From IMG/VR virus record IMGVR_UViG_3300030419_002835, positions 1 to 55,531 of that record: a DNA stretch of 55,531 bases. One strand, written 5' to 3'. Each line of letters opens with the position of its first letter. The first letter of the stretch is position 1. This document shows, piece by piece, positions 48,224 through 55,531 of the stretch. Source of the DNA: a virus (Duplodnaviria > Caudoviricetes). The position numbers and the translations under genes were made by a program. The notes beneath the pieces were generated by a model that searched no databases, was not told the DNA's origin, and worked only from the letters and a program-made list of their open reading frames with translations.

Positions 48224-49342
48224 ATGTCTCGTGGAACAACCCTACAAAGAATGGAAGAAGAAGTGAAGCAATCCAAGACTGCTGTTAATGCAAATGCAGC
48301 ACCTGGAGATCAAGCACTTCCACCAGAGTTAAAAGGAACTCCTGGTAATGAACCACCATTTGAAGATCTTGGTGGGCCTACTCCCGAAAATTATAGTCCA
48401 ACTAATGATTCAGCTAAGCTGAAGACACCTGGCAAGACTATTAAGCAGGTAAAAGATGTAGTTAACAAGAATGCTGGTAAAGCAGATCCCATGCAAAAAT
48501 TAACAGGTGCTATTGCTCAGTCTGAGGAAGAAGAAATGGATGCCGAAGCCACTTTAGAAGAAGCTCCTGAAGTAACCGATGAGGTTGTGGAAGAAGAAGT
48601 TGTCGAAGAAGAAATCAACATCGAAGATGATGTTAATGCACTTCTCGGTGGCGAAGAACTTTCCGAAGAATTTAAAGAGAAAGCAAAAACCATCTTCGAA
48701 GCAGCGGTTAAGTCCAAAGTTGCTGAAATGAAGGAGCAACTACAGGCAGATCACGATGCTAAACTTGCTGAAGAAGTAGAAGAAGCAAAACTTGCTCTTA
48801 CAGAGCGTGTCGATTCTTATCTTGAGTATGTTGCTGACGAGTGGTTCGAAGAAAATGCCCTCGCAGTCGAGCAAGGACTTAAGACAGAAATGACAGAATC
48901 ATTCCTCAGTGGAATGAAGAATCTTTTTGAAGAACATTATGTAACAATCCCTGAAGACAAATATGATGTACTTGAGAGTATGGTAGACAAACTAGATGAT
49001 ATGGAGACCAAGCTCAATGAGCAGCTCGAGAAGAATATCTATTTAAACAGTCGCCTTGGCGAATCTGTTGCTGATGGTATCCTTTCCGATGTATCTGAAG
49101 GATTAGCGTCCACTCAGAAAGAAAAGCTCGCCTCACTTGCCGAAAGTGTTGAGTTTGAAAGTGAAGAAGAATATCGTGAAAAGTTGGAAACACTTAGAGA
49201 GTCATATTTCTCCTCTAAAGCACAATCTCCAGCTGCTAAAACAGAAACCCTTTCTGAAGGATTAGATAACTCAGGTGCTGGTTCAGTATCTAGTTCAATG
49301 GAATCCTATCTCAGAACTATGGGCACGTTTGGCAAATCCTGA
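48224..49342 (+). CDS. g22: Prohead core scaffolding protein gp22
   Basis: Glu-rich coiled coil; LSEEFKEKAKTIFEAAV, VDSYLEYVADEW; between g21 and g23. Confidence 0.94.
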   Translation: MSRGTTLQRMEEEVKQSKTAVNANAAPGDQALPPELKGTPGNEPPFEDLGGPTPENYSPTNDSAKLKTPGKTIKQVKDVVNKNAGKADPMQKLTGAIAQSEEEEMDAEATLEEAPEVTDEVVEEEVVEEEINIEDDVNALLGGEELSEEFKEKAKTIFEAAVKSKVAEMKEQLQADHDAKLAEEVEEAKLALTERVDSYLEYVADEWFEENALAVEQGLKTEMTESFLSGMKNLFEEHYVTIPEDKYDVLESMVDKLDDMETKLNEQLEKNIYLNSRLGESVADGILSDVSEGLASTQKEKLASLAESVEFESEEEYREKLETLRESYFSSKAQSPAAKTETLSEGLDNSGAGSVSSSMESYLRTMGTFGKS

Positions 49343-49390
49343 ATTTAATATTAATTCAAACGCAAAAAATCACACTATTAGGTAAACGCA

Positions 49391-50821
49391 ATGTTTCAAT
49401 CAGAAGCACTGCAGGAAAAGTGGAAGCCGCTTCTAGAGTATGAAGGTCTTGATCCAATCAAAGACAATCATCGTAAAGCAGTTACCGCTGTCCTGTTAGA
49501 AAACCAAGAAAAATTCCTTAAAGAGACCTCTGCATTTGAGCAGGGTGGTTCTCTATTATCTGAGCAACCAACTAACTCATCTGGTACAGGTGGTTTTGGT
49601 AGTGACGCAACCGCCACTGGCCCAGTTGCTGGTTTCGACCCAGTATTGATTAGTCTAATTCGTCGCTCAATGCCTAACCTAGTCGCTTATGACTTGGCTG
49701 GTGTTCAACCAATGAGCGGTCCTACTGGACTTATCTTTGCAATGCGCTCCATGTACGGTACTGATAGAGTACCTTCTACTGGAACAGAAGCATTCTACAA
49801 CGAAGCAGACTCTGCCTGGTCTGGACAAGACTTCGGTCGTGATCTGACTGGTGGATTTACCGATACCGCTGCTGGTATGGGTACAACTGCTCAGTCCGGT
49901 ACTAACCCTGCTGTTCTTAACCCAGTTGCAACTGCAACATCTGAGTCCTACAACGTAGGCCAGGGTATGAACACAGGTGATGCTGAATCCCTAAACACAG
50001 GGCAGGATGCATTCAACCAGATGGCATTCTCGATCGAGAAAGTCACTGTTACTGCTAAGTCTCGTGCCCTTAAGGCTGAGTACTCACTTGAGCTTGCTCA
50101 GGACTTGAAAGCAATCCACGGATTGAACGCAGAAGCAGAACTTGCTAACATCCTTTCTACTGAAATCCTTGCTGAAATTAACAGGGAAGTCATTAGAACC
50201 ATCTATAAGGTTGCTGAGCAAGGTGCTGTACAAAACACCGCTACTGCTGGTGTGTTCGACTTAGACATCGACTCCAACGGTAGGTGGTCTGTTGAGAAGT
50301 TCAAAGGACTTCTATTCCAGATCGAAAGAGACGCTAACGCAATCGCACAAAGAACTCGTCGCGGGAAGGGCAACATCATCCTCTGCTCTGCAGACGTTGC
50401 ATCCGCCCTCACAATGGCAGGAGTTCTGGATTATACTCCAGCACTTAATGCCAACCTCAACGTTGACGACACTGGTAACACCTTCGCTGGTGTGCTCCAA
50501 GGTAAGTATAGAGTCTACATTGACCCTTACTCAGCTAACCTCACCAGTGCAAACGCTGCACCTACAGGTGGCAACCAGTACTATGTTGTTGGTTACAAAG
50601 GTTCCTCACCTTATGACGCAGGACTATTCTACTGTCCTTACGTTCCACTACAGATGGTACGTGCAGTCGGAGAAAACTCCTTCCAGCCAAAAATCGGCTT
50701 TAAGACTCGTTACGGTCTTGTTGCCAACCCATTTGCTGAAGGAACTACTCAAGGCAGTGGTGCTCTTAACGTTAACCAGAACCGCTACTATCGTCGCGTT
50801 GCTGTTAAGAACCTCATGTGA
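49391..50821 (+). CDS. g23: Major capsid protein gp23
   Basis: DPVLISLIRRSMPNL, GVQPMSGPTGLIFAMR, AKSRALKAEYSLELAQDLKAIHG, FQPKIGFKTRYG. Confidence 0.98.
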   Translation: MFQSEALQEKWKPLLEYEGLDPIKDNHRKAVTAVLLENQEKFLKETSAFEQGGSLLSEQPTNSSGTGGFGSDATATGPVAGFDPVLISLIRRSMPNLVAYDLAGVQPMSGPTGLIFAMRSMYGTDRVPSTGTEAFYNEADSAWSGQDFGRDLTGGFTDTAAGMGTTAQSGTNPAVLNPVATATSESYNVGQGMNTGDAESLNTGQDAFNQMAFSIEKVTVTAKSRALKAEYSLELAQDLKAIHGLNAEAELANILSTEILAEINREVIRTIYKVAEQGAVQNTATAGVFDLDIDSNGRWSVEKFKGLLFQIERDANAIAQRTRRGKGNIILCSADVASALTMAGVLDYTPALNANLNVDDTGNTFAGVLQGKYRVYIDPYSANLTSANAAPTGGNQYYVVGYKGSSPYDAGLFYCPYVPLQMVRAVGENSFQPKIGFKTRYGLVANPFAEGTTQGSGALNVNQNRYYRRVAVKNLM

Positions 50822-50842
50822 TTCATATTCACATTTCAATAC

Positions 50843-50870
50843 AAAGGGAACCGCAAGGTTCCCTTTTTTT
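50843..50870 (+). terminator. Rho-independent terminator after g23
   Basis: GGGAACC-GCAA-GGTTCCC followed by 7 T. Confidence 0.92.
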
Positions 50871-50904
50871 ATCTAAATAAATATGTAAAGTAATGTTACG
50901 AACC

Positions 50905-51057
50905 ATGTTTTGTAAATTCTCTAAAATGACTCTAGAGGAACGCCGTGAAAAGAAACTAAAGATGTATAATTTCTTTGAGGAGTCTCTAGAAGAAAGACTA
51001 GCAGGAGTCAAAGCTGCTAAAGCAAAATTAGAAGAGCAGATGTCAAAAGAGGTCTAA
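50905..51057 (+). CDS. Small helical/coiled-coil protein, 50 aa (MFCKFSKMTLEERREKKLKMYNFFEESLEERLAGVKAAKAKLEEQMSKEV); not in the ORF track
   Basis: ATG 50905 (alternative 50893) to TAA 51055-51057; preceded by late promoter CTAAATAAATA 50873-50883. Confidence 0.7.
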   Translation: MFCKFSKMTLEERREKKLKMYNFFEESLEERLAGVKAAKAKLEEQMSKEV

Positions 51058-51084
51058 ATATATAAAGGAGACCTGCGAGAACTA

Positions 51085-51639
51085 ATGGCATACGGGAATG
51101 CGTTTCAAAATCAGATAAAGAATAGAAATTTTCTATCACCTACAGGATTTAAATTCACTTTGAATAGAGCTCCTAAGGTTTCCTTTTTTGGAAATACTGC
51201 AAATATTCCTGCACTCACATTGGGTGTAGCGGAACAACCTACTTATCTGCGAGATCTTCCTACACCTGGAGATAAGATTATATTTGATGATTTTACAATC
51301 CGTTTCCTTGTTGATGAGGATCTTAAAAATTATCTAGAGCTTTCTAATTGGATTCGGGGATTAGGATATCCAGAAACTCTTCAAGAAATTAGAGATCTTC
51401 AAACAGGTAGTGATCAACCTGAAGATAGTGGAATGAATATCTTTTCAGATGCAACATTACAAGTTTTAACAAGTTCACAAGTCCCTAATTTTAAAGTTGT
51501 TTTTAATGATTTGTGGCCTTATACATTAAGTGCATTGGATTTTGATGCAACAAATACCGACATAGAATACTTTACAGCAGAGGCATCTTTCAAGTATACT
51601 ATGTTTAATATACAGGATTTAAAAGGCAATAACTTATGA
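51085..51639 (+). CDS. g3: Tail completion / tail tube terminator gp3
   Basis: NFLSPTGFKF, PGDKI.FDD..IRFLVDEDLKNY, FSDATL; position after g23; CTAAATA at 51054-51060. Confidence 0.88.
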   Translation: MAYGNAFQNQIKNRNFLSPTGFKFTLNRAPKVSFFGNTANIPALTLGVAEQPTYLRDLPTPGDKIIFDDFTIRFLVDEDLKNYLELSNWIRGLGYPETLQEIRDLQTGSDQPEDSGMNIFSDATLQVLTSSQVPNFKVVFNDLWPYTLSALDFDATNTDIEYFTAEASFKYTMFNIQDLKGNNL

Positions 51640-52073
51640 GCATTGATCTTGAAGCAATTCAAGAGATGTGGGAAAAAGATGCAAAGATAGACAGAGATAA
51701 TCTACACGAAGAATCATTGAACATCCCTTCTCTTCATGCGAAATATTTTGAATTATATAATACTGTATTTCTTCTAAGAAAGAAAGCAGAACAGCAAAGA
51801 AAGAATATCCGTCATGAACGGTATGAGTATTTTAGTGGGAAAGCAGATCCAGAAGTCTATGTAGAGAATCCCTTTGGAAAAAAGATTAGGGATAAAGATA
51901 CAATGACAAAATATCTTGATGCAGATGAAAAATTATCTAATTCTTCACTAAAAATTGACTATTATGATACAGTACTGGTATACTTGGAGAGTATATTAAA
52001 AGTAATTCAGAATAGAACTTATCAAATTAAGAATGCAATTGAATTTATGAGATTTCAATCTGGATTGGGATAG
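51636..52073 (+). CDS. uvsY: Recombination mediator UvsY
   Basis: W.KDAKID, IPSLHAKY, YLDAD, RTYQIKNAIEFMRFQSG. Confidence 0.93.
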   Translation: MSIDLEAIQEMWEKDAKIDRDNLHEESLNIPSLHAKYFELYNTVFLLRKKAEQQRKNIRHERYEYFSGKADPEVYVENPFGKKIRDKDTMTKYLDADEKLSNSSLKIDYYDTVLVYLESILKVIQNRTYQIKNAIEFMRFQSGLG

Positions 52074-52672
52074 TGGAAATTGTTAGACCATTTGCTCCTG
52101 TTTTAGGTGCGATGATTATTAAAGAAGATCATGAAAATGTATTGCATCAACTTATACATTATAGGAAAGCTAGTGGTTCAGTTTTAGTAAGTAGTGATAA
52201 AAGAATTCTTAAAAAATATTCCAAACTGGAGTTAATACTGATAAATAAATTTTATGAATTTATAAATGCTAGCAATCTTTTATATCCTAATGATTTTATA
52301 ATTACAACTTCTTGGGTTGTAAAAACTCCACCAAGACAAAAATCTGAATATCATTTTCATAAAAATTGTTTTTATAGTGGAATTTATTATTTTGAAGATC
52401 ATTATGAATCGGAATGCGGTAATTTATCCTTTCAAAATCCCCTACAAAAACTTACTGATTTTGAAATAACTCCAGAAACATTTAATGAGATAAATTGTCA
52501 GGAATGGGTTGTTTTTCCCAAACCCCATCAATTAGTATTTTTTCCCAGTTATCTTACACATAGAATTTTAGAGAATAAAAGTTACAAAGATAGATATTCT
52601 TTAGCCTTTAATATTGTTCCCACTGGCGAATATGGTTCAAATGATTCAACTTATAATACGGATTGGACATGA
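52073..52672 (+). CDS. Putative 2OG-Fe(II) oxygenase (TIGR02466-like)
   Basis: SW...HFHKNCFYSGIYY ... LVFFPSYLTHRI ... RYSLAFNI; GTG start. Confidence 0.82.
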   Translation: MEIVRPFAPVLGAMIIKEDHENVLHQLIHYRKASGSVLVSSDKRILKKYSKLELILINKFYEFINASNLLYPNDFIITTSWVVKTPPRQKSEYHFHKNCFYSGIYYFEDHYESECGNLSFQNPLQKLTDFEITPETFNEINCQEWVVFPKPHQLVFFPSYLTHRILENKSYKDRYSLAFNIVPTGEYGSNDSTYNTDWT

Positions 52673-53367
52673 CTGATAAAATACCCAATAATATACCTCC
52701 AATAGATCCACAAGATAAGTCGGAGATTAAGGTAATTCGTCCTCAAAATTTGGGATGGTTAGAAGCTAAACTTCCTTCCGATGCTATGGAGAGATTGTGG
52801 CAATATATTGAAAAAGCAGAGGGTGATTATAGACATCATTTGGCTGGAAATCTTGGTAAAAGTTCAAAAATAAAAGATAAGGATAATTGGTTTAGGGATA
52901 ATGTTTTAGAAAAGTTATGTGAAGTTTATTTTAATGAGTTTAAGAATCCCATGGAATGGGATTTTGCTGGAAATGGCCATCATAACTATGTTTTAAATTC
53001 TTTTTGGGTAAATTTTCAAAATCAATATGAATTTAATCCTCTTCATAGACATTTAAGGGCATTTTATTCTTTTGTAGTATGGATGAAAATCCCTACAGAT
53101 TGGAGAGAACAGCATAAATTACCTTTTGTAGAAAAGTCAAATTTTCATACCGCATCTAATTTTGCTTTTGCTTATACAGATATTCTTGGTAATCTTACAG
53201 ATGAGCAATATCATCTTGATAAAAGTATGGAAGGAACCATTTTATTTTTTCCAGGAAAATTGCAACATCAAGTTTACCCATTTTTTAATTCAGATGAACA
53301 AAGAATTTCTATTTCGGGAAATATTTGTGCAGATACCTCTTATTGCTTGGGAGTAGATAAATACTGA
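52669..53367 (+). CDS. Putative 2OG-Fe(II) oxygenase (cyanophage type)
   Basis: WVNFQ..YEFNPLHRH...SFVVWMKIP ... FFPGKLQHQVYPF ... RISISGNI; ATG 52669 overlaps the upstream TGA. Confidence 0.8.
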   Translation: MTDKIPNNIPPIDPQDKSEIKVIRPQNLGWLEAKLPSDAMERLWQYIEKAEGDYRHHLAGNLGKSSKIKDKDNWFRDNVLEKLCEVYFNEFKNPMEWDFAGNGHHNYVLNSFWVNFQNQYEFNPLHRHLRAFYSFVVWMKIPTDWREQHKLPFVEKSNFHTASNFAFAYTDILGNLTDEQYHLDKSMEGTILFFPGKLQHQVYPFFNSDEQRISISGNICADTSYCLGVDKY

Positions 53368-53383
53368 TAGATGCATGGGATAG

Positions 53384-54859
53384 GTGATTGATACATCAGC
53401 TAATGTTGTTATATCTAAAGCAAACGAAGTATTTTTAAGAATTAACGCAGAACCTCATATTGAATATGAATTAAGGGATCATTTTACGTTTGAAGTTGAG
53501 GGTGCTAAGTTTATGCCTCAATATCGAAAACGTAATTGGAATGGTGAGATCCATTTATTCGATATGAGATCGAAACAAATTTATGTTGGTCTCTTAGATA
53601 GGATTATTGCTTTTTGCGAAAGAAACGATTATACCTATAAGTTTGAAGATAATAAGTATTATGGACTTCCCTTTGAAGTCAATGAAGGGATTTCATATGA
53701 AGGTGTTAAAGATTATATGCAATCTATTTGCCGTCATTCGCCTCGGAAGTATCAAATAGAGGGCGTATACGATGCATTAAGACATAATCGAAAGCTATTG
53801 ATAAGTCCCACTGCATCAGGCAAATCTCTGATGATTTATTCGTTAGTGAGATACTACACAGATAAGCACGAAAAAATACTTTTAGTTGTTCCCACGACAT
53901 CTTTGGTAGAGCAGATGTATAAGGACTTTTCCGATTATGGTTGGGATTGTGAGTCATATTGTCACCGTATATATTCTGGTAAAGAAAAGACAAATGAATA
54001 TCCAGTCACAATTACCACGTGGCAATCTGTATATAAACTTCCTCGTTCATTTTTTGAGGATTATAATGTAGTCATAGGAGATGAAGCACATCTCTTTAAG
54101 AGTAAGTCATTAATATCTATAATGACAAAATTGCATCATGCCAAATATCGATACGGTTTCACCGGAACACTTGATGGTACTCAGACACATAAATGGGTAT
54201 TGGAAGGATTGTTTGGACCTTCGTATAAGGTAACAAAGACTGATGAATTAATGAGGCAAGGACATTTGGCTCGATTGAATATTCAATGTTTAGTCCTTAA
54301 ACATTCTCCTCAAAAATTTGAAACTTATCAAGATGAAATTCAATATCTTATAGAGCATGAACAAAGAAATAACTTTATAAAAAATTTGACTTTGGATTTA
54401 AAGGGTAATACACTGGTATTATTCTCCAGAGTGGAAGCACATGGAGCAGTCTTATATGATTTAATAAATACAAATAAGACAAGTGATCATAAAGTATTCT
54501 TTGTCCATGGTGGTGTCGATACTGAACAAAGAGAATTAGTTAGAGAAATTACTGAAAAGGAGGAAAATGCAATCATTGTTGCGTCCTATGGCACTTTCAG
54601 TACTGGTATTAACATTAAGCGGTTGCACAACATCATCTTTGCTTCTCCCTCTAAATCAAGGGTTAGAAATCTACAAAGTATTGGTAGAGTTCTTCGAAAA
54701 GGAGCAGATAAAATAAAAGCAATTCTTTATGATGTTGCCGACGACTGTACCCATAACTCTAAAAGGAATTATACTTTAAATCACTTTATTGAAAGAATTA
54801 AAATCTATAATGAAGAAAATTTTAATTATGAAATAATCTCAATACAATTAAGGAAATAA
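53384..54859 (+). CDS. uvsW: UvsW SF2 DNA/RNA helicase
   Basis: SPTASGKS, VPTTSLVEQM, DEAH, GFTGT, STGINI, QSIGRVLR; GATAAATA at 53356-53363. Confidence 0.96.
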   Translation: MIDTSANVVISKANEVFLRINAEPHIEYELRDHFTFEVEGAKFMPQYRKRNWNGEIHLFDMRSKQIYVGLLDRIIAFCERNDYTYKFEDNKYYGLPFEVNEGISYEGVKDYMQSICRHSPRKYQIEGVYDALRHNRKLLISPTASGKSLMIYSLVRYYTDKHEKILLVVPTTSLVEQMYKDFSDYGWDCESYCHRIYSGKEKTNEYPVTITTWQSVYKLPRSFFEDYNVVIGDEAHLFKSKSLISIMTKLHHAKYRYGFTGTLDGTQTHKWVLEGLFGPSYKVTKTDELMRQGHLARLNIQCLVLKHSPQKFETYQDEIQYLIEHEQRNNFIKNLTLDLKGNTLVLFSRVEAHGAVLYDLINTNKTSDHKVFFVHGGVDTEQRELVREITEKEENAIIVASYGTFSTGINIKRLHNIIFASPSKSRVRNLQSIGRVLRKGADKIKAILYDVADDCTHNSKRNYTLNHFIERIKIYNEENFNYEIISIQLRK

Positions 54860-54862
54860 TTT

Positions 54863-55276
54863 ATGGAAGATGATTTTTACGCAACAATAAAATTAATATC
54901 GGGTGAAGAAATATTTGCCAAGGTCGCTGCCTCGGAAGAAGAAAATAGGACAATGTTAATTCTTCATCATCCTATTATTATTTCAGAAGTCAAAGGAAGG
55001 AAAGGAGTAATAGGATACAAAGTTGAACCATGGTTAAAAACCACTAAAGAAGATATGTTTATTATGAATATTGATAAGGTTGTTACTCTTTCAGAATCTA
55101 GTGATATAGAAATGATGATGATGCATCAAAGATACTTAAGAGATACTCAAATGGATGAGGAATTCAATAAATCCAGAATTAATCGTAAAATGGGATATAT
55201 TGGTAATGTACATGATGCAAAAGAAATATTAGAAAAACTTTATAAATTAGATACTAAAAAGAATACTAATAGCTAA
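54863..55276 (+). CDS. Conserved hypothetical protein between uvsW and g55
   Basis: IKLISGEEIFAKV N-terminus (Sm-like pattern); syntenic position. Confidence 0.75.
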   Translation: MEDDFYATIKLISGEEIFAKVAASEEENRTMLILHHPIIISEVKGRKGVIGYKVEPWLKTTKEDMFIMNIDKVVTLSESSDIEMMMMHQRYLRDTQMDEEFNKSRINRKMGYIGNVHDAKEILEKLYKLDTKKNTNS

Positions 55277-55302
55277 TCCTCCTCACGAACCCTGACAGAG
55301 TT

Positions 55303-55330
55303 ATTCTACTCGTATTTCGTAACTTGTCAA
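55303..55330 (-). promoter_or_regulatory. Possible antisense sigma70 promoter
   Basis: Minus strand TTGACA (55330-55325), 16 nt, TAGAAT (55308-55303). Confidence 0.5.
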
Positions 55331-55352
55331 CTATAGATAGAAATGTTATACT
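55324..55352 (+). promoter_or_regulatory. Sigma70 promoter for g55
   Basis: TTGTCA 55324-55329, 17 nt, TATACT 55347-55352, with TGn extension. Confidence 0.75.
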
Positions 55353-55377
55353 ATCTACATAATAGTGACAAAGACTT

Positions 55378-55531
55378 ATGCCAATAATACCAGGTAAAAC
55401 TATGGGACGACCTAGAGGTAAGCGGTCTGAACACTATGTTAATAATAAAGAGTTTCTTGCGGCATTGATTAAGTATCGTGAGGATGTCGAAATCGCAAAA
55501 TTGCGCGATAAACCTAAGCCTGTTATACCTC
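55378..55531 (+). CDS. g55: Late-transcription sigma factor gp55, 5' part (runs off the window)
   Basis: MPIIPGKTMGRPRGKRSEHYVNNKEFLAALIKY...; HYVNNKEF is the gp55 N-terminal motif; syntenic after uvsW; start may be the second ATG at 55402. Confidence 0.88.
   Translation, partial: MPIIPGKTMGRPRGKRSEHYVNNKEFLAALIKYREDVEIAKLRDKPKPVIP

Larger units (their letters stand above)
1..55531 (+). mobile_element. Segment of a T4-like marine myovirus (probable cyanomyophage) genome: control region, virion morphogenesis module and uvsY-uvsW-g55
   Basis: Gene order g25-g6-g7-g8...g13-g14-g15-g16...g17-g18-g19-g20-g21-g22-g23-g3-uvsY-uvsW-g55 is the T4-like cyanophage order; TAAATA late promoters; no host housekeeping genes or integrase. 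Confidence 0.96.

Noticed and set aside
1927-53993. Numerous 60-143 aa minus-strand ORFs and alternative-frame plus-strand ORFs (e.g. 4334-4765, 36175-36597, 43616-43954, 50292-50876)
   Set aside because: Nearly all lie within or across well-supported + strand genes, lack RBS or recognisable motifs, and look like codon-bias shadows.
39669-54859. Inteins, introns or homing endonucleases in g17, g20, g23 or uvsW
   Set aside because: All have normal lengths and continuous motifs; no LAGLIDADG, HNH, GIY-YIG or intein splice motifs were seen.
1-55531. tRNA, rRNA or photosynthesis auxiliary genes (psbA, hli, petE)
   Set aside because: No cloverleaf/T-loop signature in the short intergenic gaps and no matching ORFs recognised; a tRNAscan-SE/Infernal run would be needed to exclude RNA genes formally.

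Overview
The whole window is a contiguous, AT-rich segment of a T4-like marine myovirus, most likely a cyanomyophage with a Prochlorococcus/Synechococcus-type host. All credible genes are on the + strand. Positions 1-1130 are a largely non-coding control region containing a cluster of cyanobacterial-type DnaA boxes (TTTTCCACA), several sigma70 promoters, hairpins and two micro-ORFs. Next comes a GT-A-fold glycosyltransferase-like gene under a perfect sigma70 promoter. The virion module follows: g25, g6, a giant g7 (4445 aa), g8, a DUF4815/VrlC-like protein, g13, g14, g15, g16, a 7.7-kb fibre/accessory island, g17, g18, g19, g20, g21, g22, g23 and g3. The window ends with uvsY, two 2OG-Fe(II) oxygenases, uvsW and the start of g55. 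The most interesting signals are: (1) a G-[IVLFM]-x-[TS] motif recurring through the exterior virion proteins, a candidate virion-wide modification (O-glycosylation) sequon; (2) the oriC-like DnaA-box array in a phage lineage that normally replicates independently of DnaA; (3) a DUF192-containing ORF that looks like a prohead-protease-processed polyprotein; (4) a bidirectional promoter at g55. All family assignments come from motif recognition and synteny, not from database searches.
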